Shown here: piece by piece, positions 1-9,533 of the stretch
Layout: each line of letters begins with the position of its first letter
Position numbering within the stretch: position 1 is the stretch's first letter
NCBI GenBank assembly: GCA_042408215.1
Contig: JAYFMW010000017.1
Location: 704,001-768,000, forward strand
Direction: 5' to 3'
From: Microcoleus sp.
GTDB lineage: Bacteria; Cyanobacteriota; Cyanobacteriia; Cyanobacteriales; Microcoleaceae
Length of the DNA: 64,000 nt
Translations under genes and position numbers: made by a program
The notes under the pieces: generated by a model
What the model was told of the DNA's origin: nothing
What the model saw: only the letters and a program-made list of their open reading frames with translations
Databases searched by the model: none

Positions 1-2
1 AA

Positions 3-1073
3 AACTACCGCATCACTCTTTTACCCGGAGACGGAATCGGCCCTGAAATTATCGCTGTGGCGGTAGACATACTGAAAATTGTCGGCCAACAATTCGACAT
101 CGGATTTGAATTTGAAGAAGCTTTAATGGGAGGAACTGCTATTGACAAAACTGGGAATCCACTCCCTGAAGAAACTCTAGAAATGTGCCGGAACAGCGAT
201 GCTGTATTATTAGCAGCAATTGGCGGTTACAAGTGGGATAATTTGCCCCGCGAACAGCGCCCGGAAACAGGATTGTTAGGGCTGCGTGCAGGATTAGGAT
301 TGTTTGCTAATTTGCGTCCAGCGACTATTTTACCACAATTGATTGACGCTTCTTCTTTGAAACGGGAAATTGTGGAAGGCGTGGATATTATGGTCGTCCG
401 CGAACTGACTGGGGGAATTTATTTTGGGAAGCCGAAGGGTATTTTTGAGACGGAAACTGGGGAAAAACGCGGTGTCAATACAATGGCTTATACCGAGTCG
501 GAAATTGACCGAATCGGGCGAGTAGCTTTTGAGACGGCCAGGAAGCGCGGGAACAGGTTATGTTCGGTGGATAAAGCGAATGTTTTGGATGTTTCGCAAC
601 TGTGGCGCGATCGGATTATTGCCCTTTCTCAAGAATACCCCGATGTCGAACTTTCTCACCTCTACGTTGACAACGCATTAATGCAGTTAATTCGCTGGCC
701 GAAACAGTTCGATACAATTGTGACCAGCAATTTATTCGGCGACATTCTTTCCGATGCGGCGGCGATGTTAACTGGTAGTATTGGAATGCTACCTTCTGCT
801 AGTTTGGGAGCAACAGGCCCGGGAGTTTTTGAACCCGTTCACGGTTCAGCGCCGGATATCGCCGGACAAGACAAAGCAAATCCGCTCGCCCAAGTTTTGA
901 GTGCAGCCATGATGTTACGCTATGGATTGAATCAACCGGAAGCTGCGAATAAGATTGAGCAAGCGGTTGTGGAAGTTTTGGATCGAGGTTATCGCACTGG
1001 CGATATCATGTCGGAAGGCATGAAAATCGTCGGCTGTCGGGCGATGGGCGATGCTTTGATTGAAGTTTTGTAA
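3..1073 (+). CDS. leuB: 3-isopropylmalate dehydrogenase (5' end outside window)
   Basis: Frame open from position 3 ([16 protein letters not shown]); motifs NLFGDILSD and [12 protein letters not shown]. Confidence 0.97.
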   Translation, partial: NYRITLLPGDGIGPEIIAVAVDILKIVGQQFDIGFEFEEALMGGTAIDKTGNPLPEETLEMCRNSDAVLLAAIGGYKWDNLPREQRPETGLLGLRAGLGLFANLRPATILPQLIDASSLKREIVEGVDIMVVRELTGGIYFGKPKGIFETETGEKRGVNTMAYTESEIDRIGRVAFETARKRGNRLCSVDKANVLDVSQLWRDRIIALSQEYPDVELSHLYVDNALMQLIRWPKQFDTIVTSNLFGDILSDAAAMLTGSIGMLPSASLGATGPGVFEPVHGSAPDIAGQDKANPLAQVLSAAMMLRYGLNQPEAANKIEQAVVEVLDRGYRTGDIMSEGMKIVGCRAMGDALIEVL

Positions 1074-1090
1074 AGTCGATCAATGGCCTG

Positions 1091-1311
1091 GTAGGGGCGG
1101 GTTTTACGAATAATATTTGACGCACACAAACAATCTCATAAACCCGCCCTCACACAATTAATAATCTCGATCAACCTTGACTTTGATCGAATGAAAAAAA
1201 TGTACTTTTGATTAAATATAAAAAATGTACATTGAGGTTGACTGCTGGGTTGGGGCGGGTTTTTGAGATTGTATGTTTTTGGCAATTCTGGTTGGTAAAA
1301 CCCGCCCCTAC
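1091..1311. repeat. Pair of REP-like palindromic elements between convergent genes
   Basis: GTAGGGGCGGGTTTT...AAACCCGCCCT at 1091-1151 and an inverted copy ending AAAACCCGCCCCTAC at 1311. Confidence 0.7.
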
Positions 1312-1323
1312 AGGAATTGGGGT

Positions 1324-2802
1324 TTAATGTTCCGCAGTCAAAAGCTGGAATTCCTCCGTATCAATGCGATTTGCTTGATACAAAATCTGAGCAATTTCCG
1401 AAAGCGCTAACACTGAATGAGCCCGATAACCATTCGCCTGCAATTTATCTTTTACACCCTGTTCGTGGTCAATCAATACCACAATATCCTCCACATTTAA
1501 CCCCGCAGATTTCAACTTAGCCGCCCCTTCCATCACACTCTTGCCGCTAATCAAAATATCATCGACTACCACAATAGTTTCTCCCGCCTGAAAATGCCCC
1601 TCAATTAACTTCCCCGCACCGTAAGTTTTCACTTCTTTGCGCGGAAAAATCATCGGGCGTTCCATCCGCAAAGCTAAACCGGTTGCTGTGGGTAAGGAAC
1701 CGTAGGGAATTCCCGCAATGCGATCGAATTTTAAGTCTTTGAGAATGTCTGCATAGGCGCTGACAATTTGGTGGAAAATTTGCGGAATTGAAATGATTTT
1801 TCGCAAATCAATGTAATATGGGAATACGGCTCCCGATGCTTGTACGTGGTCGCCAAAAACCACGCAGCCAATATCATAAAGTTGCAAGATTAAATCGCGG
1901 TGAGGTTCCGGTTGCAAAAAGCAAACATCCGGTAGCCACAATTCGCAAGTAGGACTACCTGCGATCGCCCGCAGTCGCTGTTCGTTGATATTATCCCGCA
2001 ATTTCTGAATTTCTAAGCGTGGATCTTTACGCGCTAATAAACAAGGGGGGATTGGTAGCAATAAACCCTCACCATTCTTGCTTAAACCAGCCGCTAGCAG
2101 CTCTGCCAGGTCGTTTTCTTCTGTCAAGTCATTTTCTTCTGCGATGTCTCCTTCGACTAAAATAAGGCGTTCGGGAGCAGATGAGCGGATGCGCGCTAAC
2201 ATATCCGGCATTACTCCTACTTCTAAACCTAGTTTTTCGGGAGTTCCCCAAGTCTGAGAGACTCGGACTAATTGCAAGTACAAAGGATTTTCTGGTGTTG
2301 GGTATTCTTGCAAAGCGGCGGCGGAGGGATTTGCAGTTGCACAGAGCACAAAAACTGTTTTTCCCGGATATAATAAAAATGGCGCTACTTGGTCGAATCC
2401 AGCATAGGGACTTAAGGTAACAGCGTCAACTTGCCAGTCTTCAAATACGGTTTTGGCAAATACCGTACTCGTGTTTACATCGCAGTGTTTGGTATCTAAA
2501 ATTACGGGAATCTGAGGAGGAATAATTGTTAAAATTTGTTGCAGCAGTTCCAGGCCGGGAATGCCGAGAGATTGGTAAAAACCGAGGGTGATTTTGCAAG
2601 CACAAATTAAATCGGCTGTTTGGTCGATCGCACATTTAGCCTTTACCAACAAATCCGTTACAAAACTTTGAGTTTCCTCCCCCGTCAGTGACAGCGAAGC
2701 GGGGAAACTTTCGGGGTCTGGGTCGAGGGCTAAATACAGCAAAGTTTGATTGCTTTCAATAGCAGCTAGCAGTTTATCAAAGAAATTTGTTGGATTAATC
2801 AT
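1324..2802 (-). CDS. pyrFE: Bifunctional OMP decarboxylase / orotate phosphoribosyltransferase (PyrF-PyrE fusion)
   Basis: N-terminal OMPdecase-like domain (ILDTKHCD, DAVTLSPY); C-terminal PRT domain (YYIDLRK, VVVDDILISGKS). Confidence 0.9.
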   Translation of the reverse strand: MINPTNFFDKLLAAIESNQTLLYLALDPDPESFPASLSLTGEETQSFVTDLLVKAKCAIDQTADLICACKITLGFYQSLGIPGLELLQQILTIIPPQIPVILDTKHCDVNTSTVFAKTVFEDWQVDAVTLSPYAGFDQVAPFLLYPGKTVFVLCATANPSAAALQEYPTPENPLYLQLVRVSQTWGTPEKLGLEVGVMPDMLARIRSSAPERLILVEGDIAEENDLTEENDLAELLAAGLSKNGEGLLLPIPPCLLARKDPRLEIQKLRDNINEQRLRAIAGSPTCELWLPDVCFLQPEPHRDLILQLYDIGCVVFGDHVQASGAVFPYYIDLRKIISIPQIFHQIVSAYADILKDLKFDRIAGIPYGSLPTATGLALRMERPMIFPRKEVKTYGAGKLIEGHFQAGETIVVVDDILISGKSVMEGAAKLKSAGLNVEDIVVLIDHEQGVKDKLQANGYRAHSVLALSEIAQILYQANRIDTEEFQLLTAEH

Positions 2803-3055
2803 GGGTATTGGGGGATGGTATAGCTGAAGGAAGAGGGAAGAAGGAAGAGGGAAGAAGGAAGAAGGAAAGTCCTAATATCATAAGTTGGGGTGCTGCCACA
2901 AATTGCTATAATTGCAAAATCCCAACCAGAACCAGGACTTCTTTATTCTTAACATAGTTGGCGCGCTCAAATTGGGATAGGAGTTTTACCCAAAGAGACC
3001 GATCGCTGTGGAAGTTTAAATTGAGAATATTTTAAAATTGTAGAAGGTAAACACC

Positions 3056-3445
3056 ATGAAATCTATAATTTTGGGTTCAGTTTCATTCGGACTGATTTTG
3101 GGGTTGGCGGCAGGGGTGATTGCGGCTAATCCGCAACAAGTTAACGAGTTGCGACAAACTAACCAGTGTCGGGGATGCGATTTGAGAAGCATTCCCCTAC
3201 CTCGCGCAAGTTTAGCAAATGCTAATTTACAAGGGGCTGATTTGAGGGGTGCAAATCTCAGAGAAGCGAATTTGGCTGGGGCCAATTTGAGCGGGGCTTC
3301 TCTTGGTGGGGCTTCTTTGCGGCAGGCTAATTTACAAGGTGCGGATTTGACTAAGGCTAATTTAATGGGGGCAGATTTGACGGGGGCTAATTTGGACAAT
3401 GCTAATCTGAAAGATGCGACTTGGGTTGATGGTACTATTAAATAA
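3056..3445 (+). CDS. Pentapeptide repeat protein with signal peptide
   Basis: A(N/D)LxG repeats, CxxCDL motif, hydrophobic N-terminus. Confidence 0.92.
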   Translation: MKSIILGSVSFGLILGLAAGVIAANPQQVNELRQTNQCRGCDLRSIPLPRASLANANLQGADLRGANLREANLAGANLSGASLGGASLRQANLQGADLTKANLMGADLTGANLDNANLKDATWVDGTIK

Positions 3446-3548
3446 ATAGAAGCTAATTGGCAAAGTCGCGGACGGGCTAGAAGCCCATCCCACAAGAGTT
3501 TTAATAGATTTCACAATGCAAACTAAATGTTGTTTAGCTTAGCAATGA

Positions 3549-4280
3549 ATGATAAATACGATCGCCTTTAAGACTTGGGACAATTTGCTACACACCTATG
3601 TTGACGATTTTGGCCGCGTGAATTATTTGCGCTGGAAAGCAGAGTCGGCGGATGTTTTGAGACAATGGCTGGAAAGTTTGGCGGATGTGGATTTGGCGGC
3701 TTTGACGGATGCGGATGAGCGGCTGGCTTTGTGGCTGAATGCGTATAATGCGATCGCCATTGCTCAAGTTCTTGAAGTATATCCGATCGCGTCAATTCGT
3801 CCAAAAGTTTTGGGAATTCCCAACTGGCTAAGCTTTTTGGATTTCTTCACCCGTTCAACTTCGACAATTGCGGGGAAAAAGTACAGTCTCAATCAAATCG
3901 AACACGGGATTTTGCGCCGGGAATTTGGGGAACCTCGCATCCATTTTGCCTTAGTTTGCGCTTCTGTGGGATGTCCGATGTTGCGTCGCGGGGCTTATTT
4001 CCCGGAGTCAGTGCGAACTCAACTGGAAACAGACGCGAAGGGTTTTATTCACAATCCCGACAAGGTGCGGTACGATGCTGGGAAGAAGACGCTTTATTTG
4101 AGTAAGATTTTTGATTGGTACGGTCAGGATTTTGTGAAGGCGGCGGGCTCTGTGGTTGGGTATGTGGGCGGTTATTTGGGGCCGGATGTGGCTGTGGATG
4201 ATGAATGGGCGATCGTTTTTTTGCTCTATGATTGGAATTTAAATTCAAACTCTCAAAACTTGAACGATTTCCAAATCTGA
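3549..4280 (+). CDS. DUF547 domain protein
   Basis: LALWLNAYNA, SLNQIEH, EPRIHFALVCASVGCP, LSKIFDWY and YDWNLN motifs. Confidence 0.88.
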   Translation: MINTIAFKTWDNLLHTYVDDFGRVNYLRWKAESADVLRQWLESLADVDLAALTDADERLALWLNAYNAIAIAQVLEVYPIASIRPKVLGIPNWLSFLDFFTRSTSTIAGKKYSLNQIEHGILRREFGEPRIHFALVCASVGCPMLRRGAYFPESVRTQLETDAKGFIHNPDKVRYDAGKKTLYLSKIFDWYGQDFVKAAGSVVGYVGGYLGPDVAVDDEWAIVFLLYDWNLNSNSQNLNDFQI

Positions 4281-4316
4281 CGGCGATCGTTTTTTGGCCC
4301 TATGATTGGAATTTAA

Positions 4317-4560
4317 GTCAACCACCCACCACTAATCGGAGTACCAATCTAGTGGGGGCTTAAAAAAGCCAAGTTGACCAGTCTAAGTGGTTCGCCCACT
4401 ACGTTTAAGGTCAGCGTTAAAGACCTACCAGAAAATGCGTGCTAGTTTTCTGCTCTAGAAATTAAAAGTTAAACAGGTGTAAGGGTTAAGCCAGTGCTTT
4501 TAATATAGTTACCGACCTTAAACATTGACGAAGCAAACATTACCCCGTAAGGGAGGACTT
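4317..4560 (+). ncRNA. omegaRNA (HEARO-type) scaffold of IscB; guide supplied by the 5' flank (about 4297-4316)
   Basis: GTCAAC...GTTGACCAG stem, CACTACGTT, CAGAAAA/TTTTCTG stem and AACATTGACGAAGCAAACATTACCCCGTAAGGGA immediately 5' of iscB. Confidence 0.85.
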
Positions 4561-4562
4561 AA

Positions 4563-5831
4563 ATGTCTAATTTTGTTTTTGTACTTGATACCCACAAACG
4601 ACCGCTCAATCCAATCCGACCGGGATTGGCTCGTAAGTTGTTAAACAATGGCAAAGCTGCTGTTTTCAAAAGGTATCCATTCACACTAATTCTGAAAGTA
4701 GAGGTGACAGCAACCCAAAAATCCACTCTTAAAATAGACCCAGGCTCTAAGACTACGGGAATCGCATTAGTGCAAGGAGAGGACGTAATTTTTGGTGCAG
4801 AATTAACTCACCGAGGTCAAACAATTAAAGCCAGTTTGGAGTCTCGCCGTTCATTGCGTAGAGGCAGGAGAAATCGTCACACTCGTTATCGTCAAGCGAG
4901 GTTTTTCAATCGCACCCGACAAAAGGGTTGGTTAGCACCATCCTTACAACATCGAGTAGAAACAACCCTAACTTGGGTTAACAAATTTATCCGACTCGCA
5001 CCCATTGGTTCAATTGTTCAAGAATTAGTAAGATTTGACTTACAACAACTAGAAAATCCCGAAATCTCAGGCGTTGAATATCAGCAAGGAGAATTAGCTG
5101 GCTACGAAGTTCGGGAATATCTATTGAACAAATGGGACAGGAAATGCGCTTATTGCGGTGTTGAAAATGTACCTTTGCAAATTGAACATATTCATCCCAA
5201 AGCTAAAGGTGGCAGCGATCGCATTTCTAACCTTTGCCTTGCTTGCGAAAATTGTAATACTCGGAAAGGGACTCAAAGTATTGAGCAATTTCTATCTAAA
5301 AAGCCAGAGATTTTGAAGCGGATTCTATCTCAAGCTCATCGTCCGTTAAAAGATGCAGCAGCAGTTAATTCAACTCGTTGGGCATTATTTAATCGACTCC
5401 GCATGACTGGCTTACCAGTTTCTACTGGTAGTGGTGGTCTAACAAAGTTCAACCGCACTCGATTGAATTTAGCTAAAACCCACTGGTTAGATGCAGCTTG
5501 TGTTGGACAAGTTAAATCTTTGGAAGTTCTAACCCGTAAACCTTTATTAATTAAAGCGACTGGACATGGGACTCGTCAAATGTGCCGCACTGACAAGTTT
5601 GGATTTCCATCTCGCTATGTTCCCCGGCTGAAATTTGTTAAAGGTTTTCAAACAGGCGATATTGTTAAAGCTGTTGTTACCTCGGGCAAGAAAATTGGTA
5701 AATACGTTGGACGTGTTGCCGTAAGAACGAGTGGTTCATTCAATATTTCCGCATCCGAATTGGTATCGGGAATTAGTCACAAATATTGTTCAGTTGTTCA
5801 CCGAAAGGATGGTTATTCGTATGCAGCATAA
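4563..5831 (+). CDS. iscB: RNA-guided endonuclease IscB
   Basis: PLMP-like PLNP, RuvC-I IDPGSKTTG, Arg-rich bridge helix, RuvC-II QELVRFD, HNH (EHIHPKAKGGSDRISNLCLACENCN), RuvC-III HWLDA; catalytic residues present. Confidence 0.95.
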   Translation: MSNFVFVLDTHKRPLNPIRPGLARKLLNNGKAAVFKRYPFTLILKVEVTATQKSTLKIDPGSKTTGIALVQGEDVIFGAELTHRGQTIKASLESRRSLRRGRRNRHTRYRQARFFNRTRQKGWLAPSLQHRVETTLTWVNKFIRLAPIGSIVQELVRFDLQQLENPEISGVEYQQGELAGYEVREYLLNKWDRKCAYCGVENVPLQIEHIHPKAKGGSDRISNLCLACENCNTRKGTQSIEQFLSKKPEILKRILSQAHRPLKDAAAVNSTRWALFNRLRMTGLPVSTGSGGLTKFNRTRLNLAKTHWLDAACVGQVKSLEVLTRKPLLIKATGHGTRQMCRTDKFGFPSRYVPRLKFVKGFQTGDIVKAVVTSGKKIGKYVGRVAVRTSGSFNISASELVSGISHKYCSVVHRKDGYSYAA

Positions 5832-5943
5832 TCCTTGCCTCCCTTTTCCTCTCGCCACTGACCAGGGTACAGGTACAGTGGGAGTCTCCAAGGGGGAAGA
5901 CAGATGAAACAAAAAGCCACTTTCAAGTCGGGATATTTGGCCG

Positions 5944-6317
5944 CATCGCCCAAGTTGCAATTACCAGAAAACCCTATGTTTAATCTGCGAATCCGCGCAC
6001 TTCAGCCCGGCCACATCGCCCAAGTTGCAATTACCAGAAAACCCTATTCAGAATCTTGTAGACTGCGAAATATCGCACTAGCCCCCATCGCCCAAGTTGC
6101 AATTCCCAGAAAACCCTATTAGGGATTGAAACGAATCTTTGCAGAATAGGTAAATAAACTATGGGTTGCAATTCCCAGAAAACCCTATTAGGGATTGAAA
6201 CGAATCTTTGCAGAATAGGTAAATAAACTATGGGTTGCAATTCCCAGAAAACCCTATTAGGGATTGAAACTGGGTAAGCCGATAATCGCGATCTCGTTGC
6301 TCTTTCTGTTGCAATTA
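5944..6317 (+). CRISPR. Orphan CRISPR array with type I-D-like 37-bp repeat GTTGCAATTCCCAGAAAACCCTATTAGGGATTGAAAC
   Basis: Full repeats at 6096-6132, 6165-6201 and 6234-6270; spacers of 32, 32 (identical) and 37 bp; truncated repeat GTTGCAATTA at 6308; two partial repeats starting at 5954 and 6024; no cas genes in window. Confidence 0.9.
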
Positions 6318-6965
6318 TAGCAACCGCCAAGGCGGTTATGGCGTAAACTGAGAATAATCTTCTTTGTTGCGGGACGATCGCACGTCATGGCCCAACCATA
6401 CAGCTACCACCTACGTCAGAAAGTCATTCAAGCTATCCAACTAGATGGCTTAAAGATTATGGAAGCGAGTATATTGTTCGACATCAGTCGCAACACGATC
6501 GGGCTATGGCTGAAGCGACAAGCCCAAACAGGGGACTTTCTAGCATTGCTTGGGCGCGCCCCCGGTAATGGTCATAAAATTACCGATTGGGAAAAATTCC
6601 GCGAGTTGGCCTCAGATCGTGGGGAGAAAACCCAGGTGGAGATGGCGAAACTTTGGGATGGACAAATTAGCTCACGCACAATCTCACGAGCCTTAAAGAA
6701 AATAGGTTTTATATCAAATCCGGTAGCATCGGAATTATTCATCTCTCTCTTCTCTCCCTCTGCGCCCTCTGCGCCCTCTGCGGTTAAATCATTCCGATGC
6801 AACCGGAAACGATATTACTCGAAAAAAAAGACTTCTGGCTACCGCGAGCGGGATGAAGCCAAGCGCCAAGCTTTCATAGCCGAGTTGTCCACCATACTCC
6901 GAGACAAAATTGTTGATATTTACCACCATACTCCCCAGATTTCAACTTGCATTGAACAATGCTAG
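6316..6965 (+). mobile_element. Truncated IS630-family element (HTH orfA plus start of orfB, DDE domain absent)
   Basis: Starts at a TA inside the CRISPR repeat (TATAGCAACCGCCAAGG); ORF 6387-6965 with YSYHLRQKV, SRNTIGLWLKR and KKKTSGYRERDE; homology ends near 6920. Confidence 0.8.
6711..6815. repeat. Palindromic MITE-like insertion within the IS630 ORF
   Basis: Inverted ends ATATCAAATCCGGTAGCATCGGAA / TTCCGATGCAACCGGAAACGATAT, internal CTCTGCGCC repeats, TA on both sides. Confidence 0.7.
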
Positions 6966-7199
6966 TCTTGGCCCAAAAGCAGCGCTGAGCGGAGCCGAAG
7001 CGTCGAATTCGTAAACTCAAGCATCAGTTTGATTCTTGGCGAGATGCGATCGAGGATGTCTTGCGCCTTCCGTCCTAACACGGGCGGTTGCTAGATCTGT
7101 AGGGTGCGCCGAGGCGCACCTTAGACCCACAAATACTCTAAAAATTGATCCCTTACCTAAGTGCTATAAGAGTTCGATCGAAGAGAATCGACTAAACAA

Positions 7200-8186
7200 T
7201 CAAGCAGGCGTACTCAGAATCACCCACTGCATTAACTCTTGCCACTCAGGAGACTTAGCTAATAAATCCGCATCCAATTCATGGCCCGCATCCAGCCAAA
7301 ATTCAGCAAAACAGTCAGCCCAATTAATGACTGTTTCCACAGGCAAATAAGGCGTATAATTCCAAGAACGCTGCAAAAATTGTACCATCTCCACGGGATG
7401 ACCAGTGCGGTGCAAATACCAAGCAATCCAAACTAACGTACTGTACTTAATTTGCTTTTCCAACAAACGTATTTTATCCGGCAATTCGGGGCGGTAAAAA
7501 AAATTGTCCATTACCGCCGCCAAGGATTTAGCCTGCGGCAAACCTTTGTACATCGCACTTTGTTCGTGCTGGCGGTAGCAAACTGTGACTTGGCGCAGCC
7601 AATCTGTTTCGCATCCCATTAAAGCCAAACGCAGCACTAAATCTGTATCTTCCGCTGGTGGAAATCGAGGATCGAAACCGCCGGCGCGCTCTAACCAATG
7701 GCGGCGAAACATCATGGCGCTTGGTAATACTGGTTTCCACCTCAGCCACATTTCTAAGTCTAATTTAGGCACGTTTTGCCAGGGTTTCACATCTTGAAGC
7801 GCTTCGCCTTTACTGTTAACTAGACACCAGCCGCTGTGGACAATTCCTAAATTTGGTTGCGCTGCAAATACAGCAATTTGTGCTGCTAATTTGTCGGGAA
7901 AAAAGAAGTCATCTGCATCGAGAAAGGCGATGAATTCTCCTCGCGCTAACTCGATGCCGCGATTTCTGGCCAGAGAAACGCCTTGATTTTGTTGGTAAAT
8001 GTAGCGAACCCGATCGCCATAATTCTCTAAAACTAATCTAGTGTCATCTTGGGAACCGTCGTCTACTACAATAATTTCCCAGTTAGCGCTTGTTTGGTTC
8101 AAAACGCTATCTATTGCTTGACCGATGTAAGCAGCGCAATTGTAAGCCGGAATTACTACGCTCACCTGCGGGGTGCGATCGTTCAT
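7200..8186 (-). CDS. Family 2 glycosyltransferase
   Basis: VSVVIPAYN, VVDDGSQD, FLDADD and AEDTDL motifs; start taken at MNDRT. Confidence 0.93.
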   Translation of the reverse strand: MNDRTPQVSVVIPAYNCAAYIGQAIDSVLNQTSANWEIIVVDDGSQDDTRLVLENYGDRVRYIYQQNQGVSLARNRGIELARGEFIAFLDADDFFFPDKLAAQIAVFAAQPNLGIVHSGWCLVNSKGEALQDVKPWQNVPKLDLEMWLRWKPVLPSAMMFRRHWLERAGGFDPRFPPAEDTDLVLRLALMGCETDWLRQVTVCYRQHEQSAMYKGLPQAKSLAAVMDNFFYRPELPDKIRLLEKQIKYSTLVWIAWYLHRTGHPVEMVQFLQRSWNYTPYLPVETVINWADCFAEFWLDAGHELDADLLAKSPEWQELMQWVILSTPA

Positions 8187-8306
8187 AATTAATATCAAGT
8201 TCGATTTATTTGTTAAATCCGGTTGCGTCTTTATTGTACAATAGTTTTAGGGTGCGTCAGTCCATGCCGCACCCTAATCGGGGTTCTTTTGTTCATGAAT
8301 TTCGGT

Positions 8307-9533
8307 TCAAAAATTTGCCAAACTAAGTCGGTGCGAATTCAGTAAATTATCCTGGCGTATTGCTAAAGGGTGGCGATCGCCTTTTGGCTTCAAATACTTG
8401 TCAACTACTTGCAAAACTTGTTCAGGCCCGGAGGACTTGCTCAAAAAATCAGAAGCACCTGTAAATTTCCCTCGCGTGCGATCGAGTATACTATCCCGAT
8501 CGCTCAAAAACACGATCGGAGTTTCCCGAAAAGCCTCTGTTTTCCGCAAAAAACTGCACAAAGCAAAGCCACTTATTTTAGGCATCAGCAAGTCCATAAT
8601 AATCAAAGCAGGGTTGTGTTTGGCGAGGAGGCTCACTCCCTCCATCGGATCTTGAATTTTCAGAACTCGATACCCACCCGATAGTAAAATTTGTTCTAAA
8701 ATTGCGCAGACTGTGGGACTATCATCGATACAGGCAATTAAAGGGCGGCCTGGTTGAGCAATCGCCGCAGCCCAACGCCACTGTTCGATGGGGGATGGCA
8801 AATCTGGTACTGTTCGGAAATTGACTAAACCCTGCTGGATGTAGTTCTGCAAAGCGCGCGTTGTCACCGTCACACACTGCTTTTTCTGAAATGCAATATC
8901 CCAAAGAGTATTTTCACCGTTGAACACCCTAGCCAGAGTCAGCAAAGAATCAGAACTAAATCGATTTTGCGCCAACTCTGGCGATAAATTTAACAGTGGT
9001 GCTTGTTCAGGCTCTATCATCCACAAACCCATTGCTGTCCACTTCTGCCACATTTGTTCTGTAGAATACAGAATTTTCTCCACTTCTGTTAACGACAGCA
9101 ACAAAGAAGGGATAATCTTAGAAACATATTTTTTTGAAGAACGCCACTCCCGACGCAAACCTGATTGACCGATCAGAGAAAAGAACACTTCGCAAACGCT
9201 GGTTTGGACGATCGCCTTAGCTTGTTGCAGGCTCATTTCGCTGTCAGCGATCCCTTTCTGAAGCAGTTGATACTCCCAGAGTTCCCCAGCCTCAAAATCT
9301 CTGAGATCCACTTGAAAGTTCCGACAGTGTTGCCCGATCGCTCTGTACCAGCGTTTCGATCTGTGCCATCCTCCTGTAGCATACACCAGATCGCCCCGAT
9401 AAAAGTAAAGTTGCCACTGTTGCTCCCCTTGCTCTAACAGCAATTTTCCCGTTGCTTTTTTTTGGTTCAGCACTCCCAAAGTATGGGACAACATTTTGTA
9501 CCCGATTGCGGTAGCAGACATATTCACTCGCAT
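8307..9533 (-). CDS. PatA-type response regulator (PATAN/DUF4388 + receiver domain)
   Basis: N-terminal TGKLLL..WQLYFYRGDLVYATGG; C-terminal IACIDDS, MDLLMPKISG and GASDFLSK. Confidence 0.85.
   Translation of the reverse strand: MRVNMSATAIGYKMLSHTLGVLNQKKATGKLLLEQGEQQWQLYFYRGDLVYATGGWHRSKRWYRAIGQHCRNFQVDLRDFEAGELWEYQLLQKGIADSEMSLQQAKAIVQTSVCEVFFSLIGQSGLRREWRSSKKYVSKIIPSLLLSLTEVEKILYSTEQMWQKWTAMGLWMIEPEQAPLLNLSPELAQNRFSSDSLLTLARVFNGENTLWDIAFQKKQCVTVTTRALQNYIQQGLVNFRTVPDLPSPIEQWRWAAAIAQPGRPLIACIDDSPTVCAILEQILLSGGYRVLKIQDPMEGVSLLAKHNPALIIMDLLMPKISGFALCSFLRKTEAFRETPIVFLSDRDSILDRTRGKFTGASDFLSKSSGPEQVLQVVDKYLKPKGDRHPLAIRQDNLLNSHRLSLANF

Larger units (their letters stand above)
4317..5903 (+). mobile_element. 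IS200/IS605-superfamily IscB transposon (omegaRNA + iscB, no tnpA)
   Basis: Begins GTCAACCACCCACCACT...AGTGGGGGCT; related subterminal hairpin CCACTG...CAGTGGGAGTC at about 5855-5886; ATGAA follows at 5904. Confidence 0.85.

Noticed and set aside
4426..4452. omegaRNA segment TACCAGAAAA/GTTTTCTG resembling or complementary to the CRISPR repeat (possible anti-repeat)
   Set aside because: Only 8-10 nt and already paired within an omegaRNA stem; compatible with chance
5786..6330. Short ORFs over the IscB end and array
   Set aside because: Translations of CRISPR repeat units
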